Below, piece after piece: positions 54,578 through 63,359 of a stretch of DNA of 64,000 nt. Source of the DNA: an uncultured Novosphingobium sp. (GTDB lineage: Bacteria; Pseudomonadota; Alphaproteobacteria; Sphingomonadales; Sphingomonadaceae); NCBI GenBank assembly GCA_937996535.1, contig CALKVF010000077.1, forward strand, positions 1,352 to 65,351. Reading direction: 5' to 3'. A program made the translations under genes and the position numbers. Below the pieces are notes generated by a model, which worked only from the letters and a program-made list of their open reading frames with translations, ran no database searches and was not told where the DNA came from. The stretch's first letter is position 1, and each line of letters opens with the position of its first letter.

Positions 54578-57500
54578 GGCATTGCTGAGGCCGATGGCCC
54601 CGCCGGTGATGCTGCCCGCGTTGGTCAGCGTGGTAATTCGGCCCGCGTTGATCAGCCCGTCCACGGTGCCGGTGATGCTGCCCGTGCTGGCATTGGTCAG
54701 GGTGGTGACAACACCCGACGTGCGGTTGGAGAAGCCGCTGGCACTGTTGGTGCTGCCGATCAGCGCATTGTTGGTCAGGCTGGCGATGGTGCCGGTGTTG
54801 TCGATGCCGCTGGTCAGCCCGGCGATCGTGCCGGCATTGGTCAGCGTGTCGAGCGCACCTTCGTTGAGGAGGCCTGCCGTGTAGCCGGTGATGTTCCCGC
54901 TGGCACTGTTGGTCAGCGTGGTGATCGTGCCGTGCAGCTTGTTCCACACGCCGCTGCCCATCGCATCGCCGGTGATCGAGCCGTTGTTGATCAGCGTGGT
55001 GAGGGTTCCGCCATTGGCCAGGCCATCGCTGCCGCCGTGGACCGTCCCGTCATTGGTCAGCGTGGCGATCTGGCCATCGTTGGTGATCCCGGTCACCACG
55101 CCCGAGATTTCGGCGCCCGCATCATTGGTCAGCTGGGTGATGACCCCGCCAGCGCTGTTGCGGATGCCGTCGAACACTGCAGTCCCGCTGATCGTGCCGC
55201 TGTTGGTCAGGCTGGTGATGGTTCCGGCATTGGCCAGACCAAAGCTGCTGCCGCTGATCAAGCCGCTGTTGGCCAGCGCATCGATCGTGCCGTGGTTGTA
55301 GACGCCGGTATGCGCGCCGACGATCGTGGCGCCCAGGGCATTGGACAGCGTGTTGATCGTGCCACCGGTCAGGTTCGACAGGCCGGCGTTGGCCGCGAGG
55401 CCGCCGATGCTGCTGACGTTGGTGACGGTGTTGATCGTCCCGGCGTTCGTCAGCGAGCCGATGATGCCTTCGTTGTAGATACCATAGGTGCCGCCGTGGA
55501 TCGTGCCGCTGTTGGTCAACGTGATGATCGCACCGCTATTCCAGATCGCGGCACTGTTGCCGGTGATGCTGCCGCCGGCGTTGTTGGCAAGCGTCGCGAT
55601 GCTGCCGTCGCCTGTGTTAAAGATGCTGGAATAATCGGTGGTGTGGATTGTGCCGCTGTTGCTCAGCTGATCGATCCGCCCATCGTTGTAAATCGCCGCG
55701 GTAATGCCGCTGATCGTCCCGCCCGACCGGTTGTCGAGCAGACCGATATAGCCCTGCCCCTGATTCCAGATCCCGTCGGCATAATGCAGGCTATCGATCG
55801 TGCCGGTGTTGATCACAGTGCCGATGATGCCGCTGTTGACAATGCCGGTGTAGGCTGCGGTGATCTCGCCCGAGTTGTTGAGCGTGGTGATCGTGCCGCC
55901 GCTGTGATTGAACAGGCCGACATAGTCCGTCGCGCTGAGCGTGCCGCTGTTGGTCAGCGTGCCGATCATGCCGTCGTTCGAAACCCCGACGTTCCGTCCG
56001 GTGATCGTGCCGCTGTTGGTCAGCTTATCGATCTGGCTGATGTTGCTGAGACCAGTGCTGGTGTTGAGGTTGGTGCCGATGATGGTCCCGGCGTTCATGA
56101 GCGCGCCCAGCGTGCCCTCGTTGCGCAGGCCATAGACCGTGCCGCTGATCGTGCCGTCCGCGCTGTTGGCCAGCGAATTGATCGAGCCGCCATCCCGGTT
56201 GCGGATGCCATATTCGCTGTAAGCCCCGCCGATCGTGCCGCTGTTGGTCAGACCGCTGATGGTGCCAATGTTATCGATGCCACGGCCCGCAGTGGCGGAG
56301 GTGCCGCCGCTGATCGTGCCGCGGTTGGTCAGCGTGCCGATTTGGCCGTCGTTATAGATCCCGGCGGTAACCCCGCTGATAATGCCAGTGGCATTGTTGG
56401 TCAGGTCGCCAATCACGCCGCTCTGGACGTTCCAGATGCCATCGTAATAGGCATCGCCGCTGATCGTCCCGTTGTTGATCAGGGTGGCAATACCGCCATA
56501 GTTCGTGATCCCGATGCTCGACCCGCTGATGGTGCCCGAGTTGGTCAGCGTGATGATCTGGCCGTCGGCATTGTTGTAAATGCCGCTCCACCCGCCGTGG
56601 ATGACGCCGCCGGACTCGTTGGTCAGATCGCCGATCGACGCGAGATTATAGATGCCGCTGCCAGGCGGCGTACCGCCAACGCCGCCGCCGGTGATCGTTC
56701 CGCTGTTGCTGAGCGTGGTGATCCCGCCCTCGTTCTTGAGGCCATAGCTCGAACCGCTGATCGTTCCGCCAGCAGCGTTGCTCAGGAGGGTAATCGTACC
56801 GGTGGCGTGGTTGAAAATGCCAAGGGTTCTGGTGCTTCTGGTTGTGCTGCCGATGGTCCCGCTGTTGGCCAGCGTCCCGATCAGACCTTCGTTGTAGACG
56901 CCGGCCGTCGGCCCTGAAATGGTGCCGCCGGCACTGTTGGTCAGCGTAGCGATTTCGCCAGTACCCGTATTCCAGACACCGTCGTAATTGCTGCCGGAGA
57001 TAGTCCCGCTATTGGTCAGCGTGGTGATCTGGCCGTCATTGGCAAGGCCCACGCTGCTGCCCGAAATGACGCCGTTGCCGCTATTGTCGATCGCGCCGAT
57101 GTGGCCGTTATTCCAGATGGCCGCGTTGATCCCGGTGATGCTGCCGCTGTTGCTGAGGGTATCGATGGTACCCGTGCCCATATTCCACAGGCCGTTGAAG
57201 GCAGAAGTGCCGCTCAAGGTGCCGCTATTGGTCAGCGTACCAATCGTTCCCGAGTTCAGCACGCCAAACGCCGGGCCAGTGATCGTCCCGCTATTGGTCA
57301 GCGAGGTGATCGTGCCTTCGTTCAACACAGCAGTCGCCGAGCCAGTAATCACGCCGGCATTGTTCAATGACGAGATATTCCCGTCCGCCAGGTTGCGCAG
57401 ACCGGTGGCGGTCGACACGTTGCCGATCCGGCCGTAGTTCATGACCCCATCGAGCGGGCCCGTGATCGTTCCGTCATTGGCAAGCGTGGTGATCGTGCCG

Positions 57501-58820
57501 TAGTTGATGATGCCGTAGGACGCGGTGCTGCTGATCAGCCCGTGGTTGGTCAACGTCCCAATCGCGGCATTGTTGTAGATGCCCGCTGAAACCCCGGAAA
57601 TGAAGCCGGACGCCTCGTTGGTCAGCGTGTTGATCACGCCGTTGTTGAGGTTCCAGATACCATCATAGCTGGTCGTGGCTTCAATGGTGCCGCTGTTGAT
57701 CAGCGTGTTGATCGTACCGCTGTTGGCAACGCCCGTCTCCCCGCCGCTGATGAGGCCCGCGTTGGTCAGGGAATCGATCGTTCCCTCGTTGTTGACGGCG
57801 TACTTGACCGAACGGATCACCCCGCTCGTATCGTTGAGCAGGGTGTTGATCGTGCCACCGCCCATGTTGTTGATGCCATATCGATTGGTGGCATCGGTAC
57901 CGATGGCATTACCAATGGTGCCGGTATTGGTCAGCGTATCGATCAGCCCGTTGTTGGCCAGGGCATCGCCGGTGCCGGTACCGGCCGTGATCAAGCCCGC
58001 GTTGGTGAGCGTGGTAATCTCGCCTTCGTTGGAAACCCCGATGAAGTTGCCGCTGATAACGCCAGTGCTGGTGTTGTTCAGCTCCGTGATCGTGCCACCC
58101 CCGAAGTTCCAGATACCATGGTCACTGTTAGCCCCCCCGATCGTCCCGGAGTTGGTCAGCGTACCGATCGTGCCTCCGCTGCCGATACCGTGTGTGATGC
58201 CGCTGATGGCTCCGCCAACGTCGTTGGTCAAAGTGGTGATGATGGCATCCGGGTTATTCCAGATGGCAACGCTACTGTTGGTTCCACCAATCAGTCCGGT
58301 ATTGGTGAGGGTGCCGATCGTGGCCCCACCGAGGTTGTTGATCGCGGGCGCGGCATTGACAGTATTCAAACCGCTAACGCCGCCACTGATCGTCCCGGTA
58401 TTGGTCAACGTGGAGATGGAGCCTTCGTTGAAGATACCGGCAGTGACACCGGATATGACGCCCCCCGCGTTGTTGGTCAGGCCCCCGATAAAGCCAGCGC
58501 CGTGGTTCCAGATGCCAGAGTAGGACCCGGTGGATTCGATCGTACCGCTATTGGTCAGCGTCGAGATCGTGCCTTCGTTGTCGATGCCGGATTGACCGCC
58601 CGAAATGACGCCGGTGGACGCGTTGATCACGTTATCGATCGTTGAGCCACCCCTGTTCCAGATGCCGTAGGCCCAGTCACCGGAGATCGTGCCGCTGTTG
58701 GTCAGCGTGGTGATCGCACCATCGTTCTTAACGCCAGTATCAACGCCCGACAGCGTTCCGGTGCTCGTGTTCGTGAGCGTCGTGACCGTACTGCCACTGG
58801 GCATCACAACTGCGCCGATT

Positions 58821-58827
58821 CCCCCCC
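58821..58827 (-). repeat. G7 homopolymer tract at the frameshift junction
   Basis: Minus strand ATC AC GGGGGGG AATC GGC GCA; G6 or G9 gives a continuous ORF. Confidence 0.85.
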
Positions 58828-59204
58828 GTGATCGTGCCGCTGTTGGTATAGGTGCCAGTCGAAACCGTCACGGGGCCGGTGCAGTTCACGCTGTTGCCGC
58901 TGGTGCTACAGGCCGCCGCCTGGGCTGACGATACCGGCACCACCATCATGGCCGCGGCAAAGGCAATCGCCGACGAACCGCTCGACAAGGCCACAATGCG
59001 CCCGCGCTTGGCGTTATTTGCTGAATTCGTCATCGTGCCCCCGACCAGATTTTGCTTAAATGAAACGTCAGATCTGATCGTCGCGACCGCGCTGGATCAG
59101 CCCTTCGGCCTGACCGCGAGGGGGGTGGATGCGGGGCATTGGGGAGAACCCAGGCGCTGCACTGCCGACCTCATACGCGCATCATGCGTCAGATAAGGTG
59201 GCCC

Positions 59205-59400
59205 TATTTGCATCATAATATGATTTCAATAAGTGCAATCACATATAACATATGACTCTAATTGCATCTTACATTGCATCATTATGATATATATGCAGAT
59301 TTCCTGAGGAAATTTGCCCGCAGAAGCCTATTCGCCTGGGGGATTGCCCGGTTTTTCATATTACATTATGATGACCATCAGCTTAGTTCTGATATCGAGC
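59205..59400. promoter_or_regulatory. AT-rich divergent promoter region with repeated TTGCATC and ATCAT..ATGAT motifs
   Basis: TTGCATC at 59208, 59262, 59274; CATTATGAT at 59280, 59364; ATTTCCT-G-AGGAAAT at 59299-59313. Confidence 0.5.
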
Positions 59401-59514
59401 AATTTTGTGCCCGCGCGGCGGAAATCCTGCTCTGTCTTGCCGGGCTACCAATTTGACCGGCAGCCCACCGATAGTGCAGCTGCCCCGGCCCTGTGTTCGG
59501 GATACTTGAATTCG

Positions 59515-60219
59515 ATGAGCGTTACCGTCAGCCACAACATCTGCGTCATTGACGACGATGAGGAATACACGCTCTTCGTGCGCCGCTACCTCTCGTCGGT
59601 GGGCCACACGGTGCGAGCCTATACCACCGCGCAGGAATTTCTTGCCGATGCAGAGGCACTGAACTGCGACATATTCCTCGTCGACCTGATGCTGCCCGGG
59701 ATGGACGGCATTGACCTCGTTTCGATGATCCGCGCCAATGGTGATGCCGGGATCATCGTGGTCAGCGGCCGGATGGGCGCCGATGCCTTTACCACGGCCC
59801 TTGCCGCCGGCGCCGACATGTTCGTGAACAAGCCGGTGCGCGCTGATCAGATCGCCCAGGCCATCGCCTCGCTGAGCCGCCGCCTGGCCCCCGGCACCGC
59901 GAGGCGCGACGTTCCCTGGTCACTCGATTGCACCAAGGGCGTGCTGACCGCGCCGGGCGGCGATGAAATCAAGCTCGGCCCATTGGAGCAGCGCATCGTG
60001 ATCGCGCTCGCTCAGGCTGCCGACAAGGGCCGCTCGCGCGCCGAACTGGCGCAAATCGCCCAGGTGGCCCCCAGCGCCGATGATCGCAATCTCGACGCCG
60101 CGATGTTCCGGCTGCGCCGCAAGATCGAAAGCGCCACCGGCAAGCCCTCCCCGATCATCACCATGCACGGCAAGGGCTATGCGGTGACCGGGACCATCGA
60201 ACTGGTCAATCCGGCGTGA
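59515..60219 (+). CDS. OmpR/PhoB family response regulator
   Basis: VIDDDEE, LVDLMLPGMDG, VSG, NKPV; wHTH NLDAAMFRLRRKIE..IITMHGKGY. Confidence 0.92.
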   Translation: MSVTVSHNICVIDDDEEYTLFVRRYLSSVGHTVRAYTTAQEFLADAEALNCDIFLVDLMLPGMDGIDLVSMIRANGDAGIIVVSGRMGADAFTTALAAGADMFVNKPVRADQIAQAIASLSRRLAPGTARRDVPWSLDCTKGVLTAPGGDEIKLGPLEQRIVIALAQAADKGRSRAELAQIAQVAPSADDRNLDAAMFRLRRKIESATGKPSPIITMHGKGYAVTGTIELVNPA

Positions 60220-61616
60220 TCCTGATGCTCGATGTCCGGACGATCCTCTGGATCTTCTGGGCCGTCATCATTTCCTTCACGCTGGGAATGCTGCTGCTGC
60301 GCACCGATCGCATCTGGTCGGGCACCTATTACTGGATCGCTGGCAACGTCACCTCGATGTTTGCGATCACCACCCTGCTGTGGATGCAGACGGTGCCGTT
60401 TTCGGCCAAGCTCAATGTGGTCCCCGACACGATGGTGCTGGTCGCCAGCATGTTCAAGGTCTTGTCACTCAGCGGGAAGCACCAGCGCGCGCGATCCGCG
60501 CTGCTGGGAGCCGCGCTGATCGCCGGGTATATCCTGGTGGCCCGGACCTTGGACGCATTGACCGCCGTTAACCTGACCCTGGGCGGCGCGGGGGTGGTCG
60601 CAGCGATAATCGCGGGCTGGCAGGCCTATCTGTGCTATCGCTCACCGCGCTGGCGCAGCCTGAATGGCAGCGGCCTGTTCGCGGCAGCCGCCATGGTGAT
60701 CTGCCTGTACTACATCGCTGCCGGCGTTCGCGGCTTCAACGTGCAGGACGGGCGCTACCTGTTTCAGCAAAGCGGGCTTGCTCAGGCCAACCTGATCATT
60801 TCGCTGGCCTATTACATCATCTGTCACATCTGCCTGATCGCGATGCTGGCGGCCCGGCTGAGCCGCTCGATGGTAGACAGCCAGATGCGCCAGCGGCGGC
60901 AGATCAACCTGACCCGCCAGGCCGAACAGCACGCCTTGGAAATGGTCGCGCAGGCGAATGAAAAGCAGGCGTTGCTCGACGTGCTGGCCCACGAAGTGCG
61001 GCAGCCGTTCAACAATGCCCAGGCCGCCTTGAACGATGTGCTGATGACGCTGCACAGCAACAGCCCCGACTATGCGGCCGGACAGCGACTCCAGGCAATC
61101 ATCGACCATATCGTGCTGTCGCTATCCAATGCGATTGTCGGCTCCAGCATGCTGGAGCGCAAGACGCAGTCGCTGATGGCCACCACCGATGTCGTCGCGG
61201 TGTGCGAACTGGCCTGCAGCGACATGGGGCTGAACTGGCGCAACCACGTCGAGCTTGAACTGGGCGAGCGCGCCATCTTTACCGAGGCCGACCCGATCCT
61301 GCTGCGCCTGGCGATCCGCAACCTGCTCGACAATGCGCTCAAGCACTCGCAACTGGGCCGCAAGGTCAAGCTTCACGTCGGCGTTGATGAGGCGTTGATG
61401 CGGGTCGCGATCACCGTAACCAATTGGCCTGCAACCGAGTTCGCCCCCGATCCCGCCTTGTTCGAGCGCGGCGTGCGCGGCAAGCAGGCGGCGCCTGAAA
61501 ACAAGGGCCTGGGACTGTTCATCGTCAGCGAAGTGGCCGTGCTCCACCACGGCGAAGTGCAAAACCGGGTCGACGAGCACGGCTGCACCGAATTCAAGCT
61601 GCTGCTGCCGGCCTGA
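60216..61616 (+). CDS. Membrane-bound sensor histidine kinase (about 7-TM input domain)
   Basis: H-box LAHEVRQP, N-box RNLLDNALKH, F-box LFERG, G2 GLGLFIV; GTGA overlap with the regulator. Confidence 0.9.
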   Translation: MILMLDVRTILWIFWAVIISFTLGMLLLRTDRIWSGTYYWIAGNVTSMFAITTLLWMQTVPFSAKLNVVPDTMVLVASMFKVLSLSGKHQRARSALLGAALIAGYILVARTLDALTAVNLTLGGAGVVAAIIAGWQAYLCYRSPRWRSLNGSGLFAAAAMVICLYYIAAGVRGFNVQDGRYLFQQSGLAQANLIISLAYYIICHICLIAMLAARLSRSMVDSQMRQRRQINLTRQAEQHALEMVAQANEKQALLDVLAHEVRQPFNNAQAALNDVLMTLHSNSPDYAAGQRLQAIIDHIVLSLSNAIVGSSMLERKTQSLMATTDVVAVCELACSDMGLNWRNHVELELGERAIFTEADPILLRLAIRNLLDNALKHSQLGRKVKLHVGVDEALMRVAITVTNWPATEFAPDPALFERGVRGKQAAPENKGLGLFIVSEVAVLHHGEVQNRVDEHGCTEFKLLLPA

Positions 61617-61633
61617 CCCAGCAGCGGGCGCCT

Positions 61634-62485
61634 TCAGTCCAGCCTGGCAACCATTAGCTGCGCGGTCGGGCTGACCGCGATCGCCGCCGGATCGTGCCCT
61701 TCTGACGCGCAGACGATCAGGGCCTTGCCGTCCGCCCCGCCCACCGCCACGGCATAGGCGTGAACGCTCAGTTCCACCGTATCGGTCACCTCGCCGCCCT
61801 CGCGCACGCGCAGCACCTTGGGGCCGGCCTCGCCCGGATTGGCAACCCACACCGCGCCTTCGGGATCAAGGCAGATGCCGTCCGGCTGCACGCCTTCGGG
61901 CAGCTGCGCCCAGACCCGGCGGTTGGACAGGCTGCCATCGGCGCCGATGTCATAGGCGGTCAGGCAAAAGCCGTTGGTCTCCCCAATGATCAGGGTCTTG
62001 CCATCAGGGGTGATCACCAGGCCGTTGGGAAAGCGCAGATCGCCCGCGACCTTGGTGACGGTGCCATCCGGATCGATCCGCGCGATGACGCAGGTTTCCG
62101 CTGGGGGGGCCTCGGGGTTCCAGAAATTGTAGCCGATATCGCTAACCCAGGTGCGCCCCTGCGGATCGGTGATCGCATCGCTGAGACAGAACACGCAAGT
62201 GCCCGAGAGGTCAGCAAATTCATGCAGCGCGCCGCCATGCCAACGTTTCATCTTGAGGTTCAGGGCATCGCTGAACACCACCGAACCATCGGGCAGGAAG
62301 CCCAGCCCATTGGGTTTGAACGGCAGCTCGATTTCGGTGCGCAGGTCGCCCGTCAGGCTGGCCGATTTGATGGCATTGCCGTGGATGTCGATGAACCACA
62401 GCCGATCACCGCGCCAGCGCGGACTTTCGGTGAACCGCAGGCCGTGGCCGAGGCCAACCAGAACGTCGGGCTTGTAGGCAGTCAT
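61634..62485 (-). CDS. SMP-30/gluconolactonase/LRE family protein
   Basis: FTESPRW..LWFID, FPNGLVITPDGKTLI, PDGICLDPEGAVWVA. Confidence 0.92.
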   Translation of the reverse strand: MTAYKPDVLVGLGHGLRFTESPRWRGDRLWFIDIHGNAIKSASLTGDLRTEIELPFKPNGLGFLPDGSVVFSDALNLKMKRWHGGALHEFADLSGTCVFCLSDAITDPQGRTWVSDIGYNFWNPEAPPAETCVIARIDPDGTVTKVAGDLRFPNGLVITPDGKTLIIGETNGFCLTAYDIGADGSLSNRRVWAQLPEGVQPDGICLDPEGAVWVANPGEAGPKVLRVREGGEVTDTVELSVHAYAVAVGGADGKALIVCASEGHDPAAIAVSPTAQLMVARLD

Positions 62486-62522
62486 GCTCCGCGCCTCCCC
62501 TCGCGAGTCCTATCGACTCGTT

Positions 62523-62538
62523 CTGAGTGATGACTCAG
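62523..62538. promoter_or_regulatory. TetR operator CTGAGT-GATG-ACTCAG
   Basis: Perfect 6-bp inverted repeat between the divergent SMP-30 and TetR genes. Confidence 0.6.
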
Positions 62539-62585
62539 TTAAGTTCTTGCTCAGTTGTGGTCAAGCTGCGATACAGTTCGCCATC

Positions 62586-63215
62586 ATGAGCACGACAAGC
62601 CCCACCAAGGCCAGGCGCGATGCCGCCCCCACGCGGGTGCGCGGGGTGTCGAAAAACCCCGCCGAAGCCCGCCGCAAGCTGATCGAAGCCGCGATCGACC
62701 TGTTCGGCCGGCACGGCTTCGCCGCCACGTCGACCGAGGCCGTGGCCGAACAGGCAGGCTATGGTCAGGCCACGGTGTTCTTCCACTTCAAGACCAAGGC
62801 CGGGCTGCTCGAAGCCTGTTTTGACCTGATGCTCGACCGTGCGCGCACAAGCCTGGTCGCGGCAGAGCCTTCGGGCACGCAAAATCTGCTGAGCCGGCTC
62901 GATCAATACTACGGCCCGAACGCCGAATTCTTCGCGCGGATGATGTCGGAACTGGCCGGGAACGCGCGGTTCGGGCCGATCTACGCCGCCTTCCACGACC
63001 ATATGCGCAGCCTGATCGAGGCTGAACTGCGCCGCGAAACCGGGGCCACGCCGGATCGCTGCGCCTTTGCCGCCGCCGCCATCAAGAGCATGATGCTCGG
63101 CGTCCACGCCGAACACCGCATCGCCCCCGGCCGGTTCGAAGACGCCCAGTACGGCGCAATGCTGCACATGGTGGCGGCACTGATCATCGCGGATCTGATC
63201 TCCAAACCCGCCTGA
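62586..63215 (+). CDS. TetR/AcrR family regulator
   Basis: LIEAAIDLFGRHGFAATSTEAVAEQAGYGQATVFFHFKTKAGLL. Confidence 0.9.
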   Translation: MSTTSPTKARRDAAPTRVRGVSKNPAEARRKLIEAAIDLFGRHGFAATSTEAVAEQAGYGQATVFFHFKTKAGLLEACFDLMLDRARTSLVAAEPSGTQNLLSRLDQYYGPNAEFFARMMSELAGNARFGPIYAAFHDHMRSLIEAELRRETGATPDRCAFAAAAIKSMMLGVHAEHRIAPGRFEDAQYGAMLHMVAALIIADLISKPA

Positions 63216-63218
63216 TCG

Positions 63219-63359
63219 TCAGGGCTGCCCCGGCTTGGGCGGGCGGGCATAGCCGCAGCATGGACAAGGCGATGCCTGGACTGCAGCGTGCCACACCTTG
63301 CCGCAGCGTTCGCACAGCGCCGGGACTAGCAGGCGCAGCGCCCGATCGAGCAGGGTCAT
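63219..63359 (-). CDS. 46-aa CPxCG-type zinc-ribbon microprotein
   Basis: ATG overlaps the cobA stop (ATGA) after GGAGG; MTLLDRALRLLVPALCERCGKVWHAAVQASPCPCCGYARPPKPGQP. Confidence 0.5.
   Translation of the reverse strand: MTLLDRALRLLVPALCERCGKVWHAAVQASPCPCCGYARPPKPGQP

Larger units (their letters stand above)
53190..58850 (-). repeat. Degenerate ~22-27 aa beta-helix repeats G(I/L/V)xNxGTIxTLTNxGTIxG
   Basis: Recurrent gatcgtgccgctgttggtcagcgt-like units throughout. Confidence 0.9.
51971..59033 (-). pseudogene. Giant repeat-rich autotransporter (type Va) adhesin, frameshifted at a G7 tract (phase-OFF allele or sequencing error); 2353 aa if G6
   Basis: ORF 58740-59033 has the signal peptide and first TNSGTITG repeat. 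ORF 51971-58807 has about 1850 aa of GTI.TLTN.GTI.G repeats and a beta-barrel ending GLQFGF. Removing one C from 58821-58827 joins them in frame. Confidence 0.85.

Noticed and set aside
51965-56917. 1650-aa plus-strand ORF
   Set aside because: Antisense shadow of the repetitive, codon-biased autotransporter; R/A/D/G low-complexity sequence with no domain motifs
51971-58807. Ice-nucleation or RTX protein
   Set aside because: No AGYGSTxT octapeptides or GGxGxDxL nonapeptides; has a Sec signal and a C-terminal beta-barrel
53190-58850. Possible CRISPR array (recurrent ~24-bp motif)
   Set aside because: Repeats are degenerate, keep codon phase and encode protein repeats; no cas genes
58740-59033. 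Independent 97-aa secreted protein
   Set aside because: It is the N-terminus of the autotransporter; sequence after the G7 tract is out-of-frame read-through
59034-59205. c-di-GMP riboswitch in the autotransporter leader
   Set aside because: No recognisable GEMM motif (GGCAAAC..GAAA..GACGCAAA) on the coding strand
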